Under the pieces are notes generated by a model. It was not told the origin of the DNA. It did no database searches and worked only from the letters and a program-made list of their open reading frames with translations. The translations under genes and the position numbers were made by a program. From an uncultured Planctomycetaceae bacterium (GTDB lineage: Bacteria > Planctomycetota > Phycisphaerae > SM23-33), in the NCBI GenBank assembly GCA_964483755.1, contig CAZADC010000001.1, positions 15,158-49,318 on the forward strand: a DNA stretch of 34,161 nt. Direction: 5' to 3'. Below, in pieces: positions 1 through 10,300 of the stretch (positions are counted from its first letter, which is position 1; every line of letters begins with the position of its first letter).

Positions 1-85
1 TCGTGCAGGCAGCGGTGACCGCCAGGGAGGAAGCGACCGGGCGCGGACTCATCCGGCTGGGTATGCCCACGATTGGACGGCGACC

Positions 86-505
86 ATGAATGACACAGAC
101 TGCATCTTCTGCAGAATTATCGTCGGCGAGGTGCCGAGCGAGACGATCGTCGACGACGAGCATGCCCTGGCGTTCATGGACGTCGGCCCGCTCGCCGAGG
201 GGCACGTCCTGCTGATCCCGAAGCGCCACCACGAGACGCTCGACGAGATGCCCGCCGACGCCGCCGGCGCAATGCTGCGTCACCTGCCTGGGCTTGTCGC
301 CGCCGTGCGGGAGGCGACCGGCTGCGAGGGCGTCAACGTCCTGCAGAACAACGGGCGCGTCGCCCACCAGGTCGTCCCCCACGTGCACTTCCACGTGATC
401 CCGCGGAATTCCGGCGACGCCTTCGAGTTCAACTGGCCGGCCGGGAGCTATCCGGAAGGGCGGATGAGCGAGCTGGCCGGGCAGATCCGGGAGGCGATGC
501 CGTGA
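86..505 (+). CDS. HIT (histidine triad) family protein
   Basis: 139-aa ORF. It has an N-terminal CIFCRI motif and a C-terminal HVHFHVIPR (HxHxHxx histidine triad). Its stop overlaps the next gene's GTG start (GTGA at 502-505). Confidence 0.85.
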   Translation: MNDTDCIFCRIIVGEVPSETIVDDEHALAFMDVGPLAEGHVLLIPKRHHETLDEMPADAAGAMLRHLPGLVAAVREATGCEGVNVLQNNGRVAHQVVPHVHFHVIPRNSGDAFEFNWPAGSYPEGRMSELAGQIREAMP

Positions 506-1143
506 GACATGCGATCCTGACTGCTCTCGCCGCGGCGGTGTTGCTGCTGCCGCTGGCCTGCACGAGCTCCGTCGACGAGCCGACCCCGAAGGAAAGCGAA
601 ACGAAGATGGCCGACACCCAGCCGCCCGACTCTTCCGCCCCGATCGTCGTGCTCGAGACCAGCCGCGGCGACATCCGCGTGAAACTCTGGCCGGACCGCG
701 CTCCGAAGACCGTCGCCAACTTCCTGCAGTACGTTCGGGACGGGTTCTACGACGGCACGATTTTCCACCGCGTGATCGAGGGCTTCATGATCCAGGGCGG
801 CGGATTCACGCCCGAGATGGACAAGAAGTTGACGCGCGAGCCGATCCCCAACGAGGCCTCGGCGGATGCGCCGAACGATCGCGGCACGATCGCCATGGCG
901 CGGACCAGCGATCCGCACAGCGCCACCGCGCAGTTTTTCATCAATCACGCCGATAACGATTTCCTCAATCATCGCGACGAGTCCGCCCAGGGCTACGGAT
1001 ACGCCGCGTTCGGCGAGGTCGTGGACGGCATGGATGTCGTCGATGAGATCGCCGGCGTCGAGACGAAGACCGTCGGCATGATGGAGAACGTGCCCGTCGA
1101 GCCGATCCTCATCAAGCGCGCCTACGTGCCCGAGCCGGACTGA
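502..1143 (+). CDS. Cyclophilin-type peptidyl-prolyl cis-trans isomerase, predicted lipoprotein
   Basis: The GTG start overlaps the HIT stop. The signal peptide carries a lipobox (LLLPLAC). Cyclophilin core motifs are present: [15 protein letters not shown] and TNGSQFFI-like [10 protein letters not shown]. Confidence 0.9.
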   Translation: MRHAILTALAAAVLLLPLACTSSVDEPTPKESETKMADTQPPDSSAPIVVLETSRGDIRVKLWPDRAPKTVANFLQYVRDGFYDGTIFHRVIEGFMIQGGGFTPEMDKKLTREPIPNEASADAPNDRGTIAMARTSDPHSATAQFFINHADNDFLNHRDESAQGYGYAAFGEVVDGMDVVDEIAGVETKTVGMMENVPVEPILIKRAYVPEPD

Positions 1144-1163
1144 GCGGCATTGGATACGGTCGT

Positions 1164-1253
1164 GCCGGCGGAACAGTCTTCCAGCCTGCTCGCGCCGGTG
1201 GAACAGGCTTTCAGCCTGTTCGGCACAGCCTGAAAGTCTGCCCGCTGGTGCAG
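1164..1253. repeat. Three tandem ~30-nt palindromic units between convergent genes (possible bidirectional terminator / REP-like cluster)
   Basis: Unit 1 (1164-1193, gccggcggaacagtcttccagcctgctcgc) and unit 2 (1194-1223, gccggtggaacaggctttcagcctgttcgg) match at 25/30 positions. Unit 2 contains a perfect 9-bp stem with a 3-nt loop (gaacaggct-ttc-agcctgttc, 1201-1221). A third, degenerate copy carries cagcctgaaagtctg (1224-1253). The cluster lies between the stop at 1143 (+) and the stop at 1305 (-). Confidence 0.5.
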
Positions 1254-1304
1254 GTCGACCTGGCTCTGCTCGGGGGTCGGCGGGCCGGCAGCCCACGGCG
1301 CGCG

Positions 1305-2420
1305 TCACCCCGAGCGCTGTCGCATGAAGACCCCGATCGCCCCGGCCAGGCGTCGTCCGAAGTCCCTCAGCAGATCGGGGCTCACGGTCACGTCGCCCAC
1401 GTTGGCGTAGGGGATCTCGAGCGAAGTGACGAATGACGCCCTGTTCGCCATCCACTTCGAGAACGAGCAGGCCTCCGGCGTCGCCTGCGAGGTGTTCCAC
1501 GACTGTCCCCACGGCAGGTCGTCCGCCTGCGAGTAGGGCAGGGCGCCGCGAGACCGCTGCTCCAGCACGCGCCCGAACTCCTGCTGCGCTCGCCAGATGT
1601 CGGCACGCGGACTTCCCACCTGGTAGATGTGCTCGTTATTCGGGCCGCGAATCCACGGACTGTGCAGGTCGACGGCCGCGTCCGGACCGGGACCGTCATT
1701 CGCCAGTCGCATGACGGCGGCCGTCTCGCGGTAGCGAGGCGTATCGACGTAGTCCCGGTTGTGATCGTGCCCGTCGCGGGCCTTGCCCTGGTCGCCGTCC
1801 TCGACGCCGTCCTTGTCGACGAACGGGACCGCCAGCAGACGGACGTGCTCGCGGACCCACGCCTCGGGCGCGCCCGGCACGGCGTGGGCGATCGCGTCCA
1901 GGACGCCTTCGAGAACGAAGCTCGCGCTGCTCTCGCAGGCATGATGCCTTGCCGTCAGCAGTAGCCGTCGTTCGCTGTCCGCCGGGCCGATCGCCAGCAG
2001 CTCCACCTCGCGGCCCTCCCGGGAGCGGCACAGCACGTCGCGCTGAATTCCGGCGCCGTGTGCGGCAAGAAAGGCGTCCAGATCGCTCTGCAGGTAGGGC
2101 AGGCAGAAGCAGAACTGCACGTCGCTCTCGTCGGCGGCGAAGCGGTAGGTGAACGTCGGCGCCTGGTCGTCATCCCGGCCGAGCCAGTCCCACGACCGCC
2201 CGCCGTCGCGGCTGACGCAGGGCCCGCGCGAGCCGATCACGTCCCAGTCGGTGAACTCGAAACGGATCGTCCGCCCCTGGGCTCCGCGGACGGCGAAACG
2301 CCAGTAGAACCATGGCTCGGTCGATCCGCGCTGGTCCTGCCGGATGCGGGCCGTGGCGTCGTCCAGATCGTCGACGATCACGTTGCCCGCCGGTGCGTCG
2401 GCCGTGAGTGTCCAGTCCAT
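1305..2420 (-). CDS. M14-family zinc carboxypeptidase-like protein (cytosolic-carboxypeptidase-like N-domain)
   Basis: HxxE zinc motif in TARHHACESS, with later DLHSPW and HDHNRDY motifs. I chose the start at the internal ATG (MDWTL, 2418-2420). This leaves a 101-nt gap to the upstream gene's stop at 2522. The 39 N-terminal codons of the track ORF are Arg-rich and look non-coding. Confidence 0.65.
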   Translation of the reverse strand: MDWTLTADAPAGNVIVDDLDDATARIRQDQRGSTEPWFYWRFAVRGAQGRTIRFEFTDWDVIGSRGPCVSRDGGRSWDWLGRDDDQAPTFTYRFAADESDVQFCFCLPYLQSDLDAFLAAHGAGIQRDVLCRSREGREVELLAIGPADSERRLLLTARHHACESSASFVLEGVLDAIAHAVPGAPEAWVREHVRLLAVPFVDKDGVEDGDQGKARDGHDHNRDYVDTPRYRETAAVMRLANDGPGPDAAVDLHSPWIRGPNNEHIYQVGSPRADIWRAQQEFGRVLEQRSRGALPYSQADDLPWGQSWNTSQATPEACSFSKWMANRASFVTSLEIPYANVGDVTVSPDLLRDFGRRLAGAIGVFMRQRSG

Positions 2421-2521
2421 GGTCCGTGCAGTGTATTGCGTGCACAGGCGGCTTGCACGTTCGTGTCGGTCGGTGTGGGTCCGCCTCACCGGGCTCGCCG
2501 GTTTCGCGGACGGCCGGCGGT

Positions 2522-4735
2522 TCATTCGCCGTCGCATTCAGGGTTCGCCAGTCCCGGCTGCCTTCGCAGCGCCGCTTCTTCCCGCTGGAAACGCTCCAGG
2601 AGGTCCCCGTGGTCCAGACCGGCCGCCCTGGCGCGGTCGATGGCCTCACGCAGCAACTCGGCGTCGGCGGCGTCCGGATCTTCATCCCGCAGGCGCCGGG
2701 CCGCGCCGAGCGCCTCGATGAACGCCTCGGCCTGGTCCTGGAGCTCGCGGAGGACGCCGAGCAGGGCGTTGGGGTCGCCGCCGCGCTCCAGCTCCCGCCG
2801 GGCGGCGTCGCGTCGCTCGACGGCCAGGAGGAACTGCCCGACGGCGTTTCGCAGGTGCGCGGCCTCGGACGGTACGAACGGGCTGCGCCGCCCGCTGGCG
2901 GCGTCGGGGACGTTGAGCCATGAGCGATACGGCGAGCCGCCCGCGCCCGCGCTGCCGAAGTCGCACAGGCGGACGTTCCCGCCGTCGGCCGTCGGCGCCT
3001 CCAGCAGCATCGCCGGCGGCAGCCAGCCGGTCCATTTCGCCGGGCGGAACTCGAGATTCGCCGCGTCAAGCGCCGGCAGCGCGTCGGCCGGGGCGCCGGC
3101 GTAATCTCGATGCCAGGTGTCCAGAAGCGTCCCCTGCTCGGGGTCGGTGGCGTTGTAGCGGCGGTCCCAGGTCAGCAGGATCGGCCCGCGGTAGACGCTG
3201 GTCCGACCCGCGCACTGCCCGCGCCCCGCCCAGAAATGCGGTGTGAAGTCCAGCGTCAGCTCCACCGCGTCGCCGCCGGACCAGCGCCGCCGCAGGGGGA
3301 GGTACTCGCCGGGCTGCACGTTCTCGACCGCTTCGCCGTTGACGCTGACCCGCGTCTCCCGCGACCACTGCGGGATGCGGAGCTTGAGCTCCAGCTCGGC
3401 GGGGCGGGAGGGATGCACCGCCAGGCGGACGACATTGTCGTACGGATAGTCCGTCTGCTGAACGATCCGCAGCTCGCCGCCGTCGGCCAGCTCGGCCGTC
3501 ATCTCACCCGACGCGTATGCGTTCACCAGCAGCTCGCCGTCGTCGCCGCGCAGCATCGCCCAGCCGCTGAGCAGCCCGAACCCGCGGGCCGAGTTCACGC
3601 TGCAGCAGTTCAACTCCGGCGTGCCCTCGCGCGCCTGGAAGACGATCGAATGCGCGCTCGCCCGGCGCACGCCGTCCATCGGCGTGTCGTAGGTCGCCCA
3701 CCGACCGGTCGCGTTGTGCATGCCGAGCACGGAGTTGAGCAGCGTCAGCTCCAGCTCGTCCGCGACGCGGGAATCGCCGGTCAGGTGCAGCATCGTCTCG
3801 CCCAGCGCGGACCACGCGATCGTGCAGCAGGTCTCGATCGCTCCGGGATGGTACGGGTCGCCGACCGCCCGCTCGCCGGAGGTGAACCCGCCGTTGTTGT
3901 GCCGGTCGCCCCGGACGATGCTCCACCAGATCCGCTCGAACGCGTCGCGGTACGCCCGCTCGCCGGTCAGGTCGTACAGCTCCGCCATGGCGAGGATCGG
4001 GTGCAGGCTTTCCCAGCGCGGGCGCGGCAGCTCGAAGAACTCCCGACCCGACAGCGGCCCGCGGAGGTAATCCCCGGCAAGCGGGCGGCCGGCGTCATCG
4101 GTGGCGGTGAACTCGCGATCCACGATCTGCCGCGCCAGGTCGAGGTATCGCTGTTCGCCGGTCCTGCGGTAGAGCAGGCACAGCGAATGCGCCGGGGCGA
4201 GGTTCATCTCCGTGCTTCCGGTCTCGGCGAGGCGCGGCTCTGTGTCGCCGAGGTACATCTCGCACATCAGGTCGCCCGCACGTCGCGCGCACCACAGCGC
4301 GGCCGCGTCGCCGGTCGTTTCGCGCCAGGCGAGCAGCCCGAGCATCAGGTGGTAATGCCCCCAGGTGTCCCACGTGTTGGCGCACTGCGGGGCGTGGTTG
4401 GTCAACGCCGCCTCGCTCGGCCAGGGACCGAGATACCCGTTGTCGGCCTGCAGCGAGACCAGCTCGGCGACGAACGTCTCCAGCCGTCGACGGAGCTCTT
4501 CGTCGCCCGTCATCCGCAGCACGGCGACGGCGCCCGTGAGGTACTTGCCGGCGAACTCCCCGGCCCAGGGGACCATGTCCCGCCGCGGAAGCCGGTCGCG
4601 GTCGCGGAAGATCTCCAGCATCCCCGGGTTCGCCCACGGGGCAACCTTCAGCCATTGTTCGGTGACGTTGTCGACGTACTGGCCGAGTACGCCTCTGAAG
4701 CGGCAGGCCGTTGCGGCCGGTGTGAACGGAAGCAC
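2522..4735 (-). CDS. Glycoside hydrolase family 127-like (DUF1680, beta-L-arabinofuranosidase-like) with helical C-terminal extension
   Basis: 737 aa. It has the Glu-x-Cys (AIETCC) and Cys-Cys (PELNCCSVNSARG) motifs that match the Zn/catalytic Cys cluster of HypBA1-type GH127 enzymes. The last ~110 aa are Ala/Arg/Glu/Leu-rich and helical. Confidence 0.75.
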   Translation of the reverse strand: MLPFTPAATACRFRGVLGQYVDNVTEQWLKVAPWANPGMLEIFRDRDRLPRRDMVPWAGEFAGKYLTGAVAVLRMTGDEELRRRLETFVAELVSLQADNGYLGPWPSEAALTNHAPQCANTWDTWGHYHLMLGLLAWRETTGDAAALWCARRAGDLMCEMYLGDTEPRLAETGSTEMNLAPAHSLCLLYRRTGEQRYLDLARQIVDREFTATDDAGRPLAGDYLRGPLSGREFFELPRPRWESLHPILAMAELYDLTGERAYRDAFERIWWSIVRGDRHNNGGFTSGERAVGDPYHPGAIETCCTIAWSALGETMLHLTGDSRVADELELTLLNSVLGMHNATGRWATYDTPMDGVRRASAHSIVFQAREGTPELNCCSVNSARGFGLLSGWAMLRGDDGELLVNAYASGEMTAELADGGELRIVQQTDYPYDNVVRLAVHPSRPAELELKLRIPQWSRETRVSVNGEAVENVQPGEYLPLRRRWSGGDAVELTLDFTPHFWAGRGQCAGRTSVYRGPILLTWDRRYNATDPEQGTLLDTWHRDYAGAPADALPALDAANLEFRPAKWTGWLPPAMLLEAPTADGGNVRLCDFGSAGAGGSPYRSWLNVPDAASGRRSPFVPSEAAHLRNAVGQFLLAVERRDAARRELERGGDPNALLGVLRELQDQAEAFIEALGAARRLRDEDPDAADAELLREAIDRARAAGLDHGDLLERFQREEAALRRQPGLANPECDGE

Positions 4736-4936
4736 GAAGTGTTCTCCGGTTCTGTCCGGTCTCCCGCGGCCGGCGCACGTTGCGGGCCGATTGCGGATGG
4801 GAAACCACGATCGCAGCCATTAGGCCTTCAGGCATGCGGAATGCAACGTGTTTTGTCGGATTTTTCCGTTCCGTTGCGGGCGCGCGCCGCTACCATGCGC
4901 GTTTTGCCGGGCCTCAACGCAACGGGAGCCGCATCC

Positions 4937-6040
4937 ATGAACGCCGTGCAGCGCCTTCGTGCGACCTGGGAACACAGGCCGGTGGACCACCTGTTCCGCC
5001 GGGAGTTCTACATCTGGACCGAGGCCATCGATCGCTGGAGGGGCGAGGGCATGGACCCGGATGCCGACCCGGCCGAGCTGTTCGGCTTCGACCCGGTCGC
5101 CGACGTCGGCGCCGGCGGGCTGGGCTGGTGCGACCCGGCCTTTGCGCCCGCGATCGAGTCGAAGGTTCTCGATTCCACGGCCGAGTACGAGGTCATCCTT
5201 GACGCCTCCGGCCGGACGGTGAAGATGTTCAAGGGCCGCCGGCACGGGTTCATGCCGACCTACCTCAAGCACGCCGTCACCGGCTGGGACGACTGGCGCC
5301 GCGACGTCGAGCCCCGCCTCCAGCCGGACACGCCCGGTCGCTACGAGGGCTTCGACGCGAAGATCGCCGAGCTCCGGGCCGCCGACGCCGAGGGGAAGAT
5401 GATCATCCAGGGGGGCATCGGCGGGTACATGTACCTGCGGGCGCTGGTCGGACCGGAGGATATCTGCTACCTGCTGCTGGACGAGCCGGACCTGGTCCAC
5501 GCCATGATGCGGACCTGGCTGGAGCTCGCCGACGGGTGGACCGCCCGCGTGCAGGAGCACGTCGAGCTGGACGCCGTCTTCCTGGCCGAGGACATCTGCT
5601 ACAACCACGGGCTGCTCATCAGCCCGGACATGGTTCGCGAGTTCCTCTTCCCGTATTATCAGCAGCTTCTCAGCAACGTCCGGTCGCGGCAGGAGGGCAG
5701 GCGCCTGTACTTCCAGGTGGACACGGACGGCAACGTCGGCGAGGCGATCGACCTGTACAAGGAGATCGGGCTCGACGCCATGCTGCCGTTCGAGGTGGCG
5801 GCGGGCAATGACGTCGTGGATCTCGCCCGCCGGCATCCGGACGTCGTCTTCTCGGGCGGCATCGACAAGCGGGTCCTCGCGGAGGGACCGGACGCGATCG
5901 ACCGTTACCTGGAGGCGGTCATCCCGGCCATGCTGGAGCGCGGCGGATACGTGCCGACCTGCGATCACGGCGTGCCGGACAACGTGTCGTTCGACAACTA
6001 CATGCACTATCGCAGGCGAATGATGGAGCTGGATCACTGA
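4937..6040 (+). CDS. Uroporphyrinogen-decarboxylase (URO-D) fold family protein, function unknown
   Basis: Only the last 367 codons of the 976-aa track ORF look coding. The upstream part is antisense to the GH127 gene. ATG at 4937 (MNAVQRL). It shows URO-D/MtaA-like segments (FLAEDICYNHGLLISPDMVREFLFPYY, DAMLPFE). The assignment rests on remembered family features only. Confidence 0.6.
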   Translation: MNAVQRLRATWEHRPVDHLFRREFYIWTEAIDRWRGEGMDPDADPAELFGFDPVADVGAGGLGWCDPAFAPAIESKVLDSTAEYEVILDASGRTVKMFKGRRHGFMPTYLKHAVTGWDDWRRDVEPRLQPDTPGRYEGFDAKIAELRAADAEGKMIIQGGIGGYMYLRALVGPEDICYLLLDEPDLVHAMMRTWLELADGWTARVQEHVELDAVFLAEDICYNHGLLISPDMVREFLFPYYQQLLSNVRSRQEGRRLYFQVDTDGNVGEAIDLYKEIGLDAMLPFEVAAGNDVVDLARRHPDVVFSGGIDKRVLAEGPDAIDRYLEAVIPAMLERGGYVPTCDHGVPDNVSFDNYMHYRRRMMELDH

Positions 6041-6119
6041 CGCGCGCCGGCGCTTCGGCGCCGCGGCGGGCCGTTCGCCGATGTTTCGCAATCGCAGCAT
6101 CCAACGAAAGGAACATGTC

Positions 6120-7124
6120 ATGCAGTATCGCAGTCTCGGACGCACCGGAGCGAAGGTCAGCAAGCTGTGCCTCGGATGCATGATGTTCGGCGGCAAGACC
6201 GACGAGGCGGAGTCCGCCCGGATCATCGACCGCGCCATCGACGGCGGGATCAACTTCATCGACACCGCGAACGCCTACAACCGCGGCGACAGCGAGATCG
6301 CCGTCGGCAAGGCGCTCCAGGCCAACGGCAAGCGGGATCACATCGTGCTGGCGACGAAGGTCTTCGCGCCGATGGACGACGACGATCCGAACATGCGCGG
6401 CAACCACCGGCGCCACGTCATCGAGCAGTGCGAGGCGTCGCTGAAGCGCCTCCAGACCGACTGGATCGACCTGTACCAGATTCACCGCCCGATGTCGGAC
6501 ATCCCGATCGACGAGACGCTGCGCGCCCTGGACGACCTGGTCCGGGCGGGCAAGGTGCGCTACATCGGCACGAGCACCTTCGCCGCCTGGCAGCTCATGG
6601 AATCGCTGTGGGTCAGCCGGGAGCTCGGGCTCAACCGCTTCGTCACCGAGCAGCCCCCGTATCACCTGCTGGACCGGCGGGTCGAGCGCGAGCTCGTGCC
6701 GATGCTCCGGACGTACGGGTTCGCGATGATCCCCTGGTCGCCGCTGGCGGGCGGGTTCCTGACCGGCAAATACAAGCGCGGGCAGGACAAGGACAAGGCC
6801 GAGGGACGCCACAGCGGGTGGTTCTACGGGAATCACTTCAGGGACCGGGCGTTCGACGTGGTCGAGAAGGTCGAGGAGATCGCCGAGGGCAAGGGCTGCA
6901 CTCCCGCGCAGCTGGCGATCGCCTGGGTCGCCCAGCGTCCGGGCGTGACGGCGCCGATCATCGGCCCGCGGACGATGGGGCAGGTCGAGGACAACCTCGG
7001 CGCGGCGGAGGTCGAGCTGAGCGAGGCGGACTGCAAGGCGCTGGACGAGGTGGCGCCTCCGGGCACGGCGACGGTCCCGACGTACTACGAGGCGGACTTC
7101 GGCCCGCACAAGCACCGCTGGTGA
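6120..7124 (+). CDS. Aldo/keto reductase
   Basis: MQYRSLGRTGAKVSKLCLGCMMFG N-terminus. AKR catalytic tetrad context is present: DTANAY, LATKV, LYQIHRP. I chose the ATG at 6120, preceded by aaaggaac. The track ORF starts 13 codons earlier. Confidence 0.9.
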   Translation: MQYRSLGRTGAKVSKLCLGCMMFGGKTDEAESARIIDRAIDGGINFIDTANAYNRGDSEIAVGKALQANGKRDHIVLATKVFAPMDDDDPNMRGNHRRHVIEQCEASLKRLQTDWIDLYQIHRPMSDIPIDETLRALDDLVRAGKVRYIGTSTFAAWQLMESLWVSRELGLNRFVTEQPPYHLLDRRVERELVPMLRTYGFAMIPWSPLAGGFLTGKYKRGQDKDKAEGRHSGWFYGNHFRDRAFDVVEKVEEIAEGKGCTPAQLAIAWVAQRPGVTAPIIGPRTMGQVEDNLGAAEVELSEADCKALDEVAPPGTATVPTYYEADFGPHKHRW

Positions 7125-7267
7125 GCCGGCAGGGGCCGCCCCGTTTCCCGGCCGGTCCGATCCGCATCCGGAGCGTCGAATGCCGTCCTGCGGTGCGTCG
7201 CGTCGGCGGACGCTGCGCACCGCCGGCGGGCGTGCGTCCGCGCTTGCGCCGTGCGGGTCGAATTGGA

Positions 7268-7296
7268 TTGACACGGCATGAGGCAGCCGTTAGAAG
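7268..7296 (+). promoter_or_regulatory. Candidate sigma70-like promoter for the giant gene
   Basis: Perfect -35 TTGACA (7268-7273), a 17-nt spacer, then TAGAAG (7291-7296, 4/6 to TATAAT but lacking the final T). It sits about 100 nt upstream of the ATG at 7395. The call is weak. Confidence 0.25.
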
Positions 7297-7394
7297 AAGA
7301 TTCGGGAGTTCCCCCGGCAGTGGTGCTCCAGAAACGCTCCGCGCGCAGCCCGACGGAGTTCGTGAGAGGCGGTTTTTTCGTAGGAGATTACAGT

Positions 7395-10300
7395 ATGCCT
7401 CGCAAGTCCGATCGCTCGACGTCTCCCGCTCTTTTCGAGCAGCTCGAAGCCCGGCTGCTTCTCAACGGTGCGTTGGCCGATGGCCTGGGTGACGACGCCG
7501 GCTCGGAGGAGCTCGCTGCTCTCGTGGTGGATGCCGAGGCGGGCGGCTTGCCGCCGGGCACTCCCATGCAGGATCTGGGCGACGACGCGCCGGACGGCAC
7601 GGCTGAGATGGTTTACGACACCGGGACGGGTCAGGTGTGGTTCGACAACGGGGGCTCAACGATCAACCTGATCGAACTTTCAGTGAACTCCACAGAGGGC
7701 CTGGCGCTGGATCCCAGCATGTCGGACAGTTTCTTCACCGCGACCCCGAACGTGGATACGACCACGACGCTGCAGTACTTCGTGCCTGCGGGCCTGCCCA
7801 CGGGCGAAGACCAGGTAGGCGGGGTCGGTTACATGACTACCGGGCTCACCGAGCTCATCCAGGGCACACACCTTCTGTTCCGCTACCAGGTCCCCGGCGA
7901 GACGCTGGAGATTGGACTGATTACGATCATTGACGGCGGACCCGCTCCGACGGGCATTAGCGGCACCAAGTTCCACGATGAGAACGGCAACGGGGTGTTC
8001 GACGCCGGCGAGCCGGGCCTCGAGGGGTGGACGATCCGGCTGTTCACCGACGACAACGACAACGACGTGCTGGACGAGGCCGACACCCGCCGGCAGGCGG
8101 CGACCATCAACGACCTACGAGGAGGACGTCACCAACGCGAGCGGCGACTACGACTTCCTCGGGCTCTCGGCGGGCACATACTTCGTCGAGGAAGTCGCGC
8201 AGCTGGGGTGGGACCAGACCTTGCCCGGTGCTCCCGGATACCACACCGTGGACGTGGTAGAGGGGTCCGTTTCGCTTGACAGGGACTTCGGTAACATGGA
8301 GGCGCCCTTCGAAGGCATCGCCGGAAGCAAGTGGGAGGATCTCGACGGCGACGGCGTGTGGGACGCCGGCGAGGACGGGCTCAGCGACTGGACCATCCAG
8401 CTGTACGTCGATGACGGCAACGGCACGCTGGGGGTCGAGGATGCGCTGGCCGACGAAGCCGTCACGGACAGCCAGGGCGACTACGCCTTCCAAGGGCTGA
8501 CGACCAACACCTACTTCGTCCAGGAGGTGCTGCAATCCGGGTACGCCCAGACGCATCCCGGCGCCCCCGGCTACCACACGATCAACTACTCGGACGGCGA
8601 CGAGGTGCTCGACGTGGACTTCGGCAACCAGCCGATCCTGGGCATCAGCGGCGTCAAGTGGCACGACCTGAACGGCGATGGCGTGATGGACGCCGGCGAG
8701 CCCGGGCTCGAGGGGTGGACGATCACCGCCTGGCGGGACGCCAACGGCGACGGACTGATCGGCGGCGACGAAAGCAGCTTCACCACCACCACCAACGTCG
8801 ACGGCGAATACGCCTTCCCCACGCTGGCGCCGGGCTTCTACCGCGTCGCCGAGACGCTCGAGCCCGGATGGGTGCAGACCGGCCCGCTGGCGGGCGTCTG
8901 GCAGGGCGAGCTGACCACCGACGGCAGCATCGAGGACGTGAACTTCGGCAACATGCAGTTGGCCGACGCGAGCGGCGTCGTGTGGAACGACGTGAACGGC
9001 GACGGCGTTATCGATGGCGGGGAGTCGCTGCTGGAGGGCTGGACCGTCTTTGCCGACACCGACAGTGACGGCGAGTTGGACGCCGGCGAGATCAGCGCCG
9101 AGACCGCGGCCGATGGGACCTACACGCTGTCCGATCTGGCGCCGGGGCCGTACAACCTGACCGTCGTGATCCCGCCGGCCTGGGAGGCGACCGTGCCGGC
9201 GACCGGCATGATCTCGGTGAACCTCGTCAGCGGCGACGCGCTGGCCGACCAGGACCTCGGCGTCCGCCAGCCCGCACTGCCCGATCTGGCGAGCGGATCG
9301 ACCGATTTCAGTGACTACGCGCCGACGACCGTCAACCCGGGCGACGCCTGGCAGGTCGACTGGCGGGTGGTGAACAACGGAACCGTCGCCTCCGGCGACT
9401 TCCAGACGGCCTTCTACATCAGCGCGGACGCTGCGATTACGACCGACGACCTGCTGATCGGCACGGTGGACGCCGCGAGCATCGACGCGGGCGGCTTCGC
9501 CGATCTGACGCTGAACGTGGCGAGTTTTCCCGACGTCCCGGCCGGCGAGTACTTCGTCGGGGTGATCGTCGATTCCGCCGGCGCGGTGGCCGAGTCCGAC
9601 GAGCTCAACAACACCGGCGTGGACGACGCCGCGCCGCTGAGCGTGCCCGGCATCCGCGGGACGCTCTGGTACGACACCAACGCCGACGGCGTGATGGACC
9701 CGGGCGAGGAGCCTGTCGCCGGACAGACCATCTTCATCGACGCCGACCAGGACGGGATCGTCGATCCCGGAGAGGTCACCGCAACCACCGACGCCGACGG
9801 GTTGTATTCCTTCACCGGTCTGCCGGACGGCACCTACAACATCGACGTCGCGCTGCCGACCGGGTGGAGCCAGAGCTTCCCCGCGTCGCCGAATTACTCG
9901 ATCAGCTACACGGCCGGGACGGTGATCGCCGGCCGGGACTTCGGCGTCTCCGGAGCGGCCGACCTGCTCGACGAGGGTGACGCCTTCAGCGGATTCGATC
10001 CGCAGACCGTCGTTTCCCCCGGCGCCACGTGGGACGTCTGGTGGGACATCCGCAATGCCGGGACCGGCGACGCCGGCAGCTTCGTCGTGCGGGTCTACGC
10101 CTCCGTAGACAACGACATCTCCACGACGGAAGACAACATCCTCTTGGACAGCGAGACCGTCGCCGGCCTGGCCGCGGGCCAGTACCTGGATCTGAACCTC
10201 TCGCTCCTGGGGTTCCCCGAAATCCCCGCCGGCGATTACTATGTCGGCATCGTCATCGACCCGCTCAACAGCGTGCTCGAGACCGACGAGACCAACAACA

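Noticed and set aside
448-1512. A 354-aa minus-strand ORF across the cyclophilin gene.
   Set aside because: It is a shadow ORF opposite a gene with unmistakable cyclophilin motifs, and its product is Arg/Gly-rich low complexity.
3110-4936. The N-terminal 609 codons of the 976-aa plus-strand ORF 3110..6040.
   Set aside because: This part is antisense to the well-supported GH127-like gene and is Arg/Pro/Ala-rich with no motifs. Only the part from the ATG at 4937 looks like a real protein.
4820-7492. Long ORFs 4820..6265 (-), 5919..7274 (-) and 6167..7492 (+) overlapping the URO-D-like and aldo/keto reductase genes.
   Set aside because: They are antisense or out-of-frame shadows of genes with clear family motifs. 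Their products are dominated by R/P/G/A runs.
8085-8120. Programmed +1 ribosomal frameshift as the explanation of the frame break.
   Set aside because: I see no known slippery or shifty motif, no in-frame stop at the shift site as in prfB, and no obvious downstream stimulatory structure. An indel (sequencing error or mutation) is the simpler reading. It is retained as a finding because it needs read-level checking.
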